From: Nitrosopumilus sp.
Lineage (GTDB): Archaea; Thermoproteota; Nitrososphaeria; Nitrososphaerales; Nitrosopumilaceae
Assembly: GCA_965223425.1 (NCBI GenBank)
Contig: OZ245003.1
Location: forward strand, 1,312,001 to 1,376,000
Length of the DNA stretch: 64,000 nucleotides
Direction: 5' to 3'
Of the stretch, positions 1 to 10,539 are shown piece by piece. Numbering within the stretch: position 1 is the stretch's first letter; every line of letters starts with the position of its first letter. The notes under the pieces were generated by a model. That model had not been told where the DNA came from and made no database searches. It saw only the letters and a program-made list of their open reading frames with translations. A program made the translations under genes and the position numbers.

Positions 1-42
1 CATTAAGAAAGAAGAACATACAGTTTACTTTGCTGACTTGAA

Positions 43-618
43 TCATTTGAATTTCTTTTTGGCAAATTTTGAAAGACCCTGTTTTTTTAACTGTTCGGAC
101 TCTTTCATTACAGATTTGTGCTGATCAGATTTGTGCTGCTTTAGCTTCTTTTTCAAAGCAGGAAATTCATTTGCAAGAATTTTCATAGCATAAATTCCTG
201 CATTGCCAGCTTTGTTAATGCCAACAGCTACTACGGGGGATCCTGATGGCATCTCCGAAATTGACAATAAAGAATCCAACCCCCCAAACGCAGAAAACTT
301 TGCGCCATCTGTTTTTTTTTGATGCCTGTCATTGTAGACAAGTATTGGAACCCCAACAACAGGAATTACTGTGTGTGATGCAATCATTCCTGGCAAATGC
401 GCTGCTCCGCCGGCGCCTGCAATAATTACTTTGAACCCCATTTTTTCTGCATGTTTTGCATACTCGTCTAGCCTAGCAGGAGTTCTGTGTGCTGAAACAA
501 TTTGATCCTCGTGCTTGACTTTATACTCGTCTAAAATTTCGGCTGCCCCTTTCATAATCCTGCTATCTGAACTAGAGCCCATAATGATTCCAACCAGGGG
601 GGTTTTTGAATACGCCAT
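43..618 (-). CDS. purE: N5-CAIR mutase PurE
   Basis: Motifs IIMGSSSD, SAHRTP, AGAGGAAHLPGM, MPSGSPV. Confidence 0.97.
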   Translation of the reverse strand: MAYSKTPLVGIIMGSSSDSRIMKGAAEILDEYKVKHEDQIVSAHRTPARLDEYAKHAEKMGFKVIIAGAGGAAHLPGMIASHTVIPVVGVPILVYNDRHQKKTDGAKFSAFGGLDSLLSISEMPSGSPVVAVGINKAGNAGIYAMKILANEFPALKKKLKQHKSDQHKSVMKESEQLKKQGLSKFAKKKFK

Positions 619-707
619 AATATTAAAAAAAACTAGAGAGTATTATCTATAACTATTAGAAAAAATCCGACAAATTTGCCCAAATCATCATTAGCTATTT
701 TTAGTAC

Positions 708-1871
708 ATGAACCTGATTGCTATGATGGCAAAAATACTTGGAATTATTGGAGGCGGCCAACTTGGAATGATGATTACAGAAGCTGCAAAGACAATGCCT
801 GAACACATATCAAAAGTCATCGTACTGGATCCAACTGAAGGCTGCCCTGCCGCACAAGTCGGCGCTGAGCAAATTATTGCAGATTTCAAGGACAAGGAGG
901 CAATCGAGGATTTGGCCAATAAATCAGATATAATCACCTATGAAATTGAGTCTGGCAATAGTGATGTTTTAAAATCTGTTGAAAAAAATGCAGAGATAGA
1001 ACCTTCTCCTGAAACCCTAAAGACTATTCAAGACAAGTTTTTACAAAAGACTTTCTTGTCAGAAAACAGAATCCCGGTTCCAAAGTTTGTTGAAATTGAT
1101 ACAATTGAAGATGTCAAAAATGGACTAAATGACTTTGGATATCCTGCATTACTAAAAGCAAGAAGAGGCGCTTACGATGGCAGAGGTAACTTTAAAATCA
1201 ATTCTGAAAATGAAATCCAAAAAGCGTTTGATTATTTTCAAGGCCAGGCTTTGCTGTTGGAAAAATTTGTTCCGTTTGTCATGGAGGTATCGGTAATCGC
1301 GTCACGAAACACTAAAGGCCAAATTAAGACATATCCGCTAGTTGAAAACATACATGAAGAAAATATTTTACGGGAAACGATAGCTCCGGCCAGAGTTACA
1401 GAAGAAATTACAAGAAAAGCTGAGAAAATTGCCGAGGAAACAATGATGGTTCTCAAGGGTGCGGGAGTTTTTGGAATCGAGATGTTTGTCACTCAAGAAA
1501 ATGACATACTAATTAATGAAATTGCTCCCAGAGTTCACAATTCCGGCCATCACACGCTACAGTCCAGCGAAACATCTCAGTTTGAACAACATTTGCGAGC
1601 AATTTTAGGGTTAGATCTTGGAAGTACAAAACTCATCCACAGCGCAATTATGTACAATATTTTGGGAACAAAAGGGTTTGAAGGTGAATATAGATCGCTT
1701 GATATTTCAAACGACAATTTATTTTTAAAAATGTACGGTAAAAAAATTTCAAAACCATTGAGAAAGATGGGACATCTAAACTTAGTTGGAACGCAGGGGG
1801 AATCCATTGATCAGCTGTTGCAAAAATTAGAGGCCATTAAAGAAAAAACAGTGGTTCAACCTGCTGATTAG
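708..1871 (+). CDS. purK: N5-CAIR synthetase PurK (ATP-grasp); true start may be a few codons downstream
   Basis: GIIGGGQLGMM, GAYDGRGN, NEIAPRVHNSGH, SQFEQHLRA; divergent from purE. Confidence 0.96.
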   Translation: MNLIAMMAKILGIIGGGQLGMMITEAAKTMPEHISKVIVLDPTEGCPAAQVGAEQIIADFKDKEAIEDLANKSDIITYEIESGNSDVLKSVEKNAEIEPSPETLKTIQDKFLQKTFLSENRIPVPKFVEIDTIEDVKNGLNDFGYPALLKARRGAYDGRGNFKINSENEIQKAFDYFQGQALLLEKFVPFVMEVSVIASRNTKGQIKTYPLVENIHEENILRETIAPARVTEEITRKAEKIAEETMMVLKGAGVFGIEMFVTQENDILINEIAPRVHNSGHHTLQSSETSQFEQHLRAILGLDLGSTKLIHSAIMYNILGTKGFEGEYRSLDISNDNLFLKMYGKKISKPLRKMGHLNLVGTQGESIDQLLQKLEAIKEKTVVQPAD

Positions 1872-1880
1872 ATTTATTAA

Positions 1881-2294
1881 TTGTTGAAAGTGATGCTGAG
1901 TATGGCCTTAACTGCGGCATTAATAATTACTGGAATAGCAATCGGATTGCTAGTAATTTATGCTGCAGATGTTGCAGTAGCAGAAAGTACTGGTAATGGT
2001 GAAGGGTTTCTCCCATTTGATCACAAGGCCAGAGGAATGGGATTAGGTTTGCCTGCACTGATATTGCCAATTGTGGCCTATCTTATTTCAAGAAAAGAGC
2101 CCTCACAAGGCCTTGGAATCATGATAATTGTCGCAGGTGTTTTGATTGTTGCCGGCGGAGTGTTTGTGATTGGCAATGCAGATCCGGTTGAAGCAGAAGA
2201 ATCGGGAAGAAATGTCATGTCAGAAACAGCGCCATTGCTTATTGCAGGAGCAGTTCAAATCGGATTAGGCACACTTAAAATAAAAAAATCTTAA
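1881..2294 (+). CDS. Hypothetical membrane protein (about 4 TM segments)
   Basis: 137-aa ORF with several hydrophobic stretches, in operon context. Confidence 0.75.
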   Translation: MLKVMLSMALTAALIITGIAIGLLVIYAADVAVAESTGNGEGFLPFDHKARGMGLGLPALILPIVAYLISRKEPSQGLGIMIIVAGVLIVAGGVFVIGNADPVEAEESGRNVMSETAPLLIAGAVQIGLGTLKIKKS

Positions 2295-2303
2295 GAGAAT
2301 TAC

Positions 2304-2429
2304 ATGCCCATCTGTGCCAAGTGCAGTAACGACGTAAGAAAAGTATATGATTGTGATCACACTGAATTTCAAGAATACTGTGTTGAATGCTATACGGAAT
2401 TACATTACTATCTAACCGAAAGTGAGTGA
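2304..2429 (+). CDS. Small Cys-rich putative zinc-finger protein (41 aa), absent from ORF track
   Basis: MPICAKCSNDVRKVYDCDHTEFQEYCVECYTELHYYLTESE; CxxC...CxxC; fills the gap and stops 1 nt before the next ATG. Confidence 0.7.
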   Translation: MPICAKCSNDVRKVYDCDHTEFQEYCVECYTELHYYLTESE

Positions 2430-2430
2430 T

Positions 2431-2670
2431 ATGGTGTCTGAGAGAGAAATAGCGATTTATGCCCTAGGTAAAACTGAAGGAATTCATTCAGTTGCAGAGA
2501 CGTTAGGCAAGGGATTAGAGGATGAAAAATACGTTGAATCATGGAAGAAAACCATGAGGATGTTGGGAATTGACATGCCTCTTGAAGATCTTGAAAAAAT
2601 TTACAATGAATTTGCACAAAAAATGGATGACATAGTATCTAATTCTGAAAAAAGGCAGTCTGAAAAATAA
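2431..2670 (+). CDS. Hypothetical protein
   Basis: ATG at 2431 right after the upstream stop; helical, charged composition. Confidence 0.7.
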   Translation: MVSEREIAIYALGKTEGIHSVAETLGKGLEDEKYVESWKKTMRMLGIDMPLEDLEKIYNEFAQKMDDIVSNSEKRQSEK

Positions 2671-2700
2671 ACAATTTTCATATACTCTAAAAAGTACAGA

Positions 2701-3375
2701 ATGTCATTGAAAGCAATAATCCTGGCAGGAGGTCGCGGAAAACGGTTAAGACCCATTACTGATTATGTTCCAAAACCACTGATTCCGTTAAACAACGTAC
2801 CAATCATTGAATGGCAAATAAAATATTTAAAAAAATTTGGGGTAGACGAAGTAATAATTTGCACAGGCTACAAAACAGAAATGATTGAAAGTTATATCGG
2901 CATGAAAAAAACTGGAGTTAGGATAAAATTTTCTGTTGAAAAATCGCCACTGGGAACTGCGGGGGCAATCAAACAGGCCGGAAAGATGATCAAAGAAAAA
3001 TCATTTTTTGTACTAAACGGGGACATTATCACAAACATCAATTTAAAAAAACTTGCATCCAAACCAAACTCAATTGCGTCAATTGAACTGAGAACTGATT
3101 TTGGAATTTTAGAAACATCTGGAAATAACGTTCAAAAGTTTAAAGAAAAAAGAGAAATTTCCAATTTATGGATGAACGCTGGGATTTACCATCTTCAAAG
3201 AACAGTATTGAGGGATTTGCCCAATAAAGGATCTATTGAAAAAACACTTTTTCCAGAATATGCAAGGAAAAACAAACTATCTGCAATTAAATTCAAAGGC
3301 GTAAAATGGTATTCTATAGATTCCTTTAAGGACATGGAACAAAGCTCATCGGAGATAAAGAAAATAATAAAATAA
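2701..3375 (+). CDS. Nucleotidyltransferase (sugar-1-phosphate NTP transferase family)
   Basis: AIILAGGRGKRLRPIT, PKPL, PLGTAGA, NGDI. Confidence 0.92.
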   Translation: MSLKAIILAGGRGKRLRPITDYVPKPLIPLNNVPIIEWQIKYLKKFGVDEVIICTGYKTEMIESYIGMKKTGVRIKFSVEKSPLGTAGAIKQAGKMIKEKSFFVLNGDIITNINLKKLASKPNSIASIELRTDFGILETSGNNVQKFKEKREISNLWMNAGIYHLQRTVLRDLPNKGSIEKTLFPEYARKNKLSAIKFKGVKWYSIDSFKDMEQSSSEIKKIIK

Positions 3376-3384
3376 AATTATTTG

Positions 3385-3531
3385 TTATGCACCGGTGCGA
3401 TGCAATGTCACCATCATGTATGCCACTTCTTCAACAAAAGGTTCATCCTTGCTTGCTGAGGCATACTTTGTGGCATCATCCCAAAAAGTAATCTTTTCTG
3501 ATGGTTTTTCTGCGAATGTCTGTTCACTCAA
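3385..3531 (-). CDS. Possible small hypothetical protein (48 aa, TTG start)
   Basis: MSEQTFAEKPSEKITFWDDATKYASASKDEPFVEEVAYMMVTLHRTGA fills an otherwise empty intergenic gap. Confidence 0.35.
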   Translation of the reverse strand: MSEQTFAEKPSEKITFWDDATKYASASKDEPFVEEVAYMMVTLHRTGA

Positions 3532-3634
3532 GACGTTTTATTGTGACCGTGATCTGATAATATTTTCTCCCTCAACCAAATTTCACCCATTACTAAAACT
3601 GATATACTAAATATCCGATCTGCACTATACCATC

Positions 3635-4600
3635 ATGCGTATTTCATGTAGCTTGGGCTCGTTATTGACTGTAGATGAAGTCCTGAGATGTTCTGAGATC
3701 ATCTCCGATACTCGTACAAACACCATTTGGCTTCCTGAGACCTGGGGAATGGAGAACTTTGCAATGCTTGGCGCCATTTCAAACAAAACAAAAACTCAGA
3801 AACTAGGTTCATCCATAATCAACATCTATTCTAGAAGCCCTGCTGCAATTGCCATGGGAGCTGCAACAGCAGACGCATTGTCTGGCGGCCGACTAATTCT
3901 AGGTCTTGGAGCAAGCAGCATGCCAATAGTTGAAGCATTCCACGGTTACAAATTTGAAAAGCCACTGCAAAGAATGAAAGAGTATGTTGAGATCATACGA
4001 TTGGTTCTTTCAGGAAACAAGATAAACTATGCAGGAAAAATTTTCAACCTGAAAGATTTTTCATTACTAATTAAACCGCAACGCGCTGCAATTCCGATAT
4101 ATTTGGCCGCAATTAACCAAAAAATGGTGGATTTAACATGGGAGATTGCAGACGGGGTTATTTTTTATCTGAGGCCAAAAAATGAAATGAAGCAGACAAT
4201 TTCCAAAATGCAGAAAGAAAGAAAAATAGATGTCACCTGTCAATTAATCACATGCATTTCAAAAAATTCTGATGCGGCAATTGAGCGCGCAAAAAAAACA
4301 CTGTCATTTTATGTTGCAGTGGGTAAAATATATCGCGAATTTTTATCAGATAGCGGCTACAAAAAAGAATGTGACAGCATCTTTGCTGAGTTTAATAAAT
4401 CTGGTTTGAAGTCAATACATGAGTTAGTTCCTGACTCTATGTTGGAGTCACTATGTGTTGCCGGCACTCCAGAAGAGTGCAAGTCTCAATTGCGGGAATT
4501 CAAGGAGACAGGTATTGATTTGCCCATACTCCAATTCAATCCGATTGGAAACACCTTGGATTCATTTAATTTGTTAAAAAATACGTTTTTGGAGCAATGA
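3635..4600 (+). CDS. LLM-class (F420/flavin-dependent) oxidoreductase
   Basis: WLPETWG, SRSPAAIAMGAAT, SGGRLILGLG, IPIYLAA, ADGV. Confidence 0.9.
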   Translation: MRISCSLGSLLTVDEVLRCSEIISDTRTNTIWLPETWGMENFAMLGAISNKTKTQKLGSSIINIYSRSPAAIAMGAATADALSGGRLILGLGASSMPIVEAFHGYKFEKPLQRMKEYVEIIRLVLSGNKINYAGKIFNLKDFSLLIKPQRAAIPIYLAAINQKMVDLTWEIADGVIFYLRPKNEMKQTISKMQKERKIDVTCQLITCISKNSDAAIERAKKTLSFYVAVGKIYREFLSDSGYKKECDSIFAEFNKSGLKSIHELVPDSMLESLCVAGTPEECKSQLREFKETGIDLPILQFNPIGNTLDSFNLLKNTFLEQ

Positions 4601-4601
4601 T

Positions 4602-5711
4602 ATGACAAAAGTGGGAATTGCAGCATATGGGATTATCCCGTTTTCTAAGAAAGATCAAAAAATCGAATCTGTGCTTTTAGAGTCTTTGAAGAGTCTTTTT
4701 GAAAACAATTCCAAAATAAATAAAAACGAAATTGATGCCGTCCTTGTATCCACTAGCGATGATTCAAAATACCTGTCTCCCATCATCTCTGAAATGAGCG
4801 GAGTCAAGCCCAAAATAGCACATTCTGTTGAAAGTCTATGCAATTCAGGCACAAATTCAATAGTTTCGGGGTATTCATACATTGCATCAGGACTCGCAGA
4901 TTTAGTTCTCGTATGTGGTGCAGAAAGACACGACAGTCCCGGACAAGTTTTAGAATGGGATAATTCCAGGGGAGAGTTCAAGCATCCCATATTCTGGGCA
5001 TCAATATTCTCAAAATCATACAAACGAGAGTATTCAATTGCTGATGAGGAACTAGCACTAGTTTCAGTCAAAAACCACAAACAGGCAAGAAACAATCCTA
5101 ACGCGCTATCTAATCGGACCTTCAGTGTTGATGACGTGATGAATTCAAAAAAACTGACAGAGGATCTTCGGCTGCTTGACTGTTCAAGATCGTGTACTGG
5201 AGGCGCATCAATTCTTCTGGCTTCAGAGGCAATGACAAAAAAAATTTCAGAAAGCCCGGTTTGGATAAAAGGAATTGGACAGCAAACGGTTTCAGGAAGC
5301 TTTGCAAAAAATCCCTCTTTTAGCTCAATGGATTCAAGTAAAACTGCAAGTATCTCTGCATTAAAAATGGCCGATCATTCAATAAGCGATGTCGATGTTG
5401 CTGAAATACATGATGCGTTTTCAGTTTGCGAGCCAATGGCACTAGAGGCCATGAGGTTTGTGGATAAGGGATGCGGAACAAACATGATCAAAGAGCTACA
5501 TGAAACAAATAATTTCAAGATCAACCCCAGAGGAGGGCTAATTGGTGCAGGACATCCATTTGGTGCAACAGGCATAGCTCAAACTATAGAAATTGCACAA
5601 CAGCTTTCAGCAAAAGCTGACAAGAGGCAAGTAGATAATGCCAAAATAGGCCTGGTTCACAACATGTCTGCAGCGGCCACATCATCAACTGTATTGGTGC
5701 TGGAACGATGA
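4602..5711 (+). CDS. Thiolase family protein (archaeal SCP2-like type)
   Basis: VESLCNSG, AEIHDAF, INPRGGLIGAGHPFGATG. Confidence 0.92.
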   Translation: MTKVGIAAYGIIPFSKKDQKIESVLLESLKSLFENNSKINKNEIDAVLVSTSDDSKYLSPIISEMSGVKPKIAHSVESLCNSGTNSIVSGYSYIASGLADLVLVCGAERHDSPGQVLEWDNSRGEFKHPIFWASIFSKSYKREYSIADEELALVSVKNHKQARNNPNALSNRTFSVDDVMNSKKLTEDLRLLDCSRSCTGGASILLASEAMTKKISESPVWIKGIGQQTVSGSFAKNPSFSSMDSSKTASISALKMADHSISDVDVAEIHDAFSVCEPMALEAMRFVDKGCGTNMIKELHETNNFKINPRGGLIGAGHPFGATGIAQTIEIAQQLSAKADKRQVDNAKIGLVHNMSAAATSSTVLVLER

Positions 5712-6016
5712 GCTTTGACTCAGAATTGGCAAAGGGGGTTTTTACACTCCCGCAATGTGACAGATGTAAAAAAACAGTCTGGCCGCCATCGGAATTCTGT
5801 GATCATTGTTTTGGCCACGTTGTGCTAAAAAAAGGGGATTTTGAAGGCAGGATTAAAGAATTTTCAAGGCAAAACGAGCAATATTTTTGCGTTGTTGAAA
5901 TAGAAAAAACAGTTAGGATTATGGCAAAAATTCCAACCGTGCCACAAATTGGCCAATCAGTAAAAATAACAAAATGCGGTATTGAGAATGGTAATTATTT
6001 TTTCCACGTTAACTAA
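5708..6016 (+). CDS. DUF35-type Zn-ribbon/OB-fold thiolase partner
   Basis: CDRC...PP...CDHC; overlaps the thiolase stop. Confidence 0.85.
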   Translation: MSFDSELAKGVFTLPQCDRCKKTVWPPSEFCDHCFGHVVLKKGDFEGRIKEFSRQNEQYFCVVEIEKTVRIMAKIPTVPQIGQSVKITKCGIENGNYFFHVN

Positions 6017-6869
6017 ATTTTGTATAGATATACGGCGTTTCTACTTTTTGATCAAATGTCCAAACAGTTGGCAGTGAAATGGTATCAATTATTTTGAGAT
6101 TGTATTTTTCTATTAGTGAACTCCATCCTCCATTTTCAATATTTGTTGACAGTTGTCTCTTTGAATGGGTTCCGGCAAAGACTATTCCCGTATTTTTTAC
6201 AAGATTTGGGATTGATTGAAGTTTCTCAATGATGCTAGTTGCTAAAACATCTCCTCCCATTTGTGGCAGCCCGCCAATGAAAAAAGCCGGCTTGGTTAAA
6301 TTCAGTTTCAGATAGTCAAACTCTATAGCGTCATCACAGATAGGGTTAAAGTTTTGGTTTGTAGATTTTGATATAGTATTTTGTAAATCGACTAACTGCT
6401 CATCAATTTCAATACTGTACGTTTGCAGGCCAAATAATTTTCCGCAATATGCAATTCGCCCATCCCCTGAGCCAATATCAATTAATTCCTCATATCCCAA
6501 CTCATAAGCTAACCTTGACATAAAATACGCAGAGATGATCCATGTTGGATAAAATGGCTGACAGCTTGAACCATGTTTGATGCTATTTAACCAATATTCG
6601 TTGATATCTCCCTCATAAACAGTACATATCACGCTTGAAATTTTATCGTCAAAATAATTATAATATATTGGATTTTTTTGTGCAAACTGATGCAATTGTT
6701 GAATGTGCACGTCATCAAGCAAAAGACTTTCCAAGCTACTTTTAGGAATGAATTCTTGTATGTGCGCATTTCCGGAATAACTTTTTGCGAATTCTTGTTT
6801 GAGGAACCCCAATTCGCGTATGGCCTTGTGCATATGTTTTGAGAAATTACATGGGTTTGATAAACTCAT
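6009..6869 (-). CDS. SAM-dependent methyltransferase-like protein
   Basis: LIDIGSGDGR motif I, SIEID. Confidence 0.75.
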   Translation of the reverse strand: MSLSNPCNFSKHMHKAIRELGFLKQEFAKSYSGNAHIQEFIPKSSLESLLLDDVHIQQLHQFAQKNPIYYNYFDDKISSVICTVYEGDINEYWLNSIKHGSSCQPFYPTWIISAYFMSRLAYELGYEELIDIGSGDGRIAYCGKLFGLQTYSIEIDEQLVDLQNTISKSTNQNFNPICDDAIEFDYLKLNLTKPAFFIGGLPQMGGDVLATSIIEKLQSIPNLVKNTGIVFAGTHSKRQLSTNIENGGWSSLIEKYNLKIIDTISLPTVWTFDQKVETPYIYTKFS

Positions 6870-7211
6870 TGCATGTCTTAGCTATTTAGATGCTATAGAC
6901 GCTATTATTTCCTGTCCAATTTTTTTATTTGTTCTATTGTAATTGATGGGCTGGTTTGTCTTTTAATGTCTAATTCTTCAGAATCCAAAGCTGTTTGGAA
7001 ACCTAATTGATTAGGCGTTTAGACATGCGCCACGCTGTTCTAAGTTTTCCAGCAATTGTCTCAAACACTAAAAATCTCCATTCAAAACTGCTTAAAGATT
7101 GAATTGTTAATGGAGAGGCATTGATCACAAAACATTCATGCAATCAACCATGTTTTTTGACAGGTTATTGTCAAATTACCTACTTTACTATACATTGACA
7201 GGTAAAAACAA

Positions 7212-7781
7212 GTGTTGCAAAGAAAACCAGTTTCAATCACTATTCAAAAACAAAAAAAACCATCAAAAACCAACAAAAATAACCAAAAAACTACGCAGAT
7301 ACGCAGACAGCGTGGATATCAATGGGAAGGCACCATTGTAAAACGATTCAACAGTGCGCCTCAATGGAAGGCATTCAGGTTAGGCTCCCCAAGCATTGCA
7401 TTGCCTGATGTACTTGCAGTCAACACCGAAGATAGTTCACTATACACCATTGAGGCAAAATCAGGTACAGGCACATCTTTGGCAGTACCATATGATCAAA
7501 TTGAACGGTGTCTTGATTGGATCAAGACGTTTGATATTTACAAAAAAAGAAAAGTTTTACTGGCTTTCAAATTTCTCTCAAAGAAGAGAATCGGGCTAGG
7601 AACATACGAAAGTAGGGAACTGCGGGAATTTTTTAAGATTTGGGATGCTTCTTTAGAAATTACGAACTGTGTCTGTACATATGAAGGCAAAATTTTTGCA
7701 AAAATCAACGGTTCTAAAAAAGAGTTACCTCTCAAGGAATGTTTGATGCCATTTAAAACTAAACAGCGCCATAGTGCCTAA
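7212..7781 (+). CDS. Hjc-like Holliday junction resolvase (PD-(D/E)XK)
   Basis: RGYQWE...LPDVLA...IEAKS. Confidence 0.75.
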   Translation: MLQRKPVSITIQKQKKPSKTNKNNQKTTQIRRQRGYQWEGTIVKRFNSAPQWKAFRLGSPSIALPDVLAVNTEDSSLYTIEAKSGTGTSLAVPYDQIERCLDWIKTFDIYKKRKVLLAFKFLSKKRIGLGTYESRELREFFKIWDASLEITNCVCTYEGKIFAKINGSKKELPLKECLMPFKTKQRHSA

Positions 7782-7815
7782 TTGAATAGCTTTCAAATCG
7801 TTTTTTAAGGATAAA

Positions 7816-8274
7816 GTGCAAGTTTTGATGTTGCCTGAGGATAATACCGAACCAAATGAAACAACGTCTGAATCTCTGTTAGAAACAGTCTCTGATGCAG
7901 AAGTCAACTCAAGAGTTAGTTTTGAGGAATTTACCGATGAAAGAATCCTGATCAGTCATGATGCTTTTGGAAATAAGCAAATGAAGATCAAGGTGTTGGA
8001 AGTATCCGATGAAATATCCCCATCAAAATGGAAGTTTGGAGACAGAGTAAAAGTTACCAAAATCCTTGTAACTGTAAAGCACCTCACAACACAAGAAGTT
8101 GAAGAAGGCGAGTTTGATATCGAGGCCATAGAAAGGGAGCTGGCTGAAAAAAGACACTACACTTCAACTAATAGATGGATCCCTGTAAATGATATCAAAA
8201 ACGGGTATGTTGTAGGTTCAATGCATACCAGACTAATCAGCGATGCTTCTGCACTAGATTATATCGCATTTTGA
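7816..8274 (+). CDS. Hypothetical protein
   Basis: 152-aa ORF with host-like composition. Confidence 0.7.
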   Translation: MQVLMLPEDNTEPNETTSESLLETVSDAEVNSRVSFEEFTDERILISHDAFGNKQMKIKVLEVSDEISPSKWKFGDRVKVTKILVTVKHLTTQEVEEGEFDIEAIERELAEKRHYTSTNRWIPVNDIKNGYVVGSMHTRLISDASALDYIAF

Positions 8275-8346
8275 CTCGACGTCAACTCTCACATTAATCA
8301 TTTTTATCTGAAAAACATTATAAACAAAAGAATTTGAAAGTGGTGT

Positions 8347-8664
8347 ATGAGTTCAAAAGAATTCGAGGTAAATGGAACTGATTACCGTGTTGTCTTAACA
8401 GAACAAGTAATTGGCCACATAAACAACCTCAAAAATCTCTATAATGCAGCATACGAAGATCCTGAAAGCTTTGAAGACATCAGTGCTGAAATTTCAAATA
8501 CGATTAACGAAATTGCAGGAAATGTAGAGCCCGAGGCAGAAGACAGTGATCTTGACGGACTAATACAGGAAATCATCAAAGCTGTAGACAGTAAAGCCGA
8601 GGAAATTGAAAAAGAGTTAGAAGAAAAAGAAAAACCTAAGAAAAAATCAAAATCTAGCAAATGA
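8347..8664 (+). CDS. Acidic hypothetical protein with basic tail
   Basis: 105-aa ORF, TATA-like TTATAAA about 25 bp upstream. Confidence 0.75.
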   Translation: MSSKEFEVNGTDYRVVLTEQVIGHINNLKNLYNAAYEDPESFEDISAEISNTINEIAGNVEPEAEDSDLDGLIQEIIKAVDSKAEEIEKELEEKEKPKKKSKSSK

Positions 8665-8732
8665 TCCCATTTGACCTTAAACTCATAAAAAATTGCAGTA
8701 TATGTTATATTTGAAAACAACCTATTCTAGTT

Positions 8733-8849
8733 ATGTCCGGAGGTTGTGAATGTGGGATCTGTGGTCACTCTCACGAATCAGAATGTCTTGAAAAGGAGTG
8801 CAAATGCTGTTTGAATTTTCATGAGAGATCAGGACCTAAACGAAAGTAG
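8733..8849 (+). CDS. Cys/His-rich metallothionein-like peptide (38 aa), absent from ORF track
   Basis: MSGGCECGICGHSHESECLEKECKCCLNFHERSGPKRK; TTATATTT box about 25 bp upstream. Confidence 0.6.
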   Translation: MSGGCECGICGHSHESECLEKECKCCLNFHERSGPKRK

Positions 8850-8963
8850 CCATTGTTCAAAGTCAGTTTTTCTTGTTGTGACAACTACATTTTTTTGAAA
8901 AATGTCTTGAGCACCCAAATAATCTATGATCTTGGCACCCACATAAAACACATCTTTTATCAG

Positions 8964-9338
8964 TCATAATTTTTCAACTAGTTCTCCCACCTTCTCCATC
9001 ATCTTCTTATCCTCTAGCGTTTCTAGTATTTTCAATCGCATATTTTTGATTCTGCCTACATCATTTGAGTATAAAGTGGCCATTGTTTCGATCTCCTGTT
9101 CAAACGAAAAATTATTCAAATAGTGCTGAAATTTTGTTTTAAGTGTTCTAAAATCCGAGGATTGTATTTTCTCAGCATCAACTTTTTTCGATATAACTTT
9201 TAAAAATCCATTAATTTTCAAGAACTCTTTCTTGATGCTGTCTAGATCTTCGGGTTTATCCTGAATTTCTTTAAGAGTGGCATAAGACTCAAGCACTTGA
9301 TTTAGTATGTTTTTTAAATATTCATTATAAGTGACCAT
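8964..9338 (-). CDS. Hypothetical protein
   Basis: 124-aa helical ORF with host-like composition. Confidence 0.75.
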   Translation of the reverse strand: MVTYNEYLKNILNQVLESYATLKEIQDKPEDLDSIKKEFLKINGFLKVISKKVDAEKIQSSDFRTLKTKFQHYLNNFSFEQEIETMATLYSNDVGRIKNMRLKILETLEDKKMMEKVGELVEKL

Positions 9339-9379
9339 GGTTGTTTTTCAAATTTATCTAATCTAAAGCTTATCTGTAG

Positions 9380-10400
9380 TTAGCACGTTAAATAACTGAA
9401 TGTTTTCACAGGCAGAATCTCCTTTCTGGCAAACAGCATACGACGTACTGACTGCTCCATCTCATCTAGCGTATCAAACACTTTTGCAGACAGTGCCCGT
9501 TTTATCATCTTCCATTGTATCTCAGTGGGATTAAGCTCCGGCGTGTACGGCACTAGGCATTCCAGAACCTCCTTTACCTTTTTGGATTTGTGATATGACG
9601 TTGTACACAAACAGCAGCACCTTGCCGAATCTTTTGTGAATACGCTCCAAAAAGTCGCAAAAGCTGTCGCTTTGACTTTTCATAAAACATAAAGCAAAAT
9701 GCGTTTACTGCCAAAACCCCAAATGTGTCTCCTCTCACGTGACAAAAAAGATGGGGGATGTTGTGGCATGTCTGCCGCGCCGCCTCCATCCATAACCTAG
9801 CTTGCTTTGCGCCTTTTGAATCGAGGACTCGTCATCTGCTAGGATGGTGGCGTACCCCTGCGCTGACTTTTCTGCAACGAGCTTTTTTGCCCGTTCCTGA
9901 AACTCTTTTTTTGAGGCTGATCTTGGGTTTTTTGGACGCGCCTTGTTACAGCAGATGAAAATGTCTACTCGACAGACGCCAGATTCGGCCTAAGGAGCGG
10001 ATGGGCATCTGATCAATTGCCTTTTCTGTCCAGATTATTTGCAAATCAGGCAAAATCTTGTCGTCCTTTCACTCCGTGGAAACACATTTTCATCCACTGT
10101 GCATGAGAACGATGATGCTGTCAGTCTTGGATAGCATCTTTTCAATCTTTTTGAGTTTGACCTTTGGCGGCCTTCCGCTCTTGGGAAGATCCCAGAAGGA
10201 GACCCAGTTCGGGCACTGCATGAGCGAGTCTGCCGTATGCTGGATGCTTTGGCTGTTCATGCACACCATGTTTACTGCGGCCATTCTCTTGACCACCTTG
10301 GGATCCCTCTCTTTCTTGTACGCCTTCCTAAAGCCTTCCGGTTTTGCTACTGGCATTGTAATGCATGGTACTAGGTGATCAAAATGTATTACCATCTAAC
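9380..10400 (-). mobile_element. Degenerate IS630-family element (fragmented transposase); ends approximate
   Basis: N-terminal HTH fragment ending DLPKSGRPP (10090-10395) and C-terminal PYTPELNPTEIQW fragment (9380-9610). Confidence 0.85.
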
Positions 10401-10539
10401 ATGTTTGGCCTCAAGAACATTTGAGTGACAGTATAAATCTAAACCGGAATTTCAAGAATTTGTCCTGCAGCTTTTACGAAATCTTCTGTATGTTTGACCA
10501 TGTTTTGTGCTTGTGTGTGAGAAATTGTTCCAGCCATGT

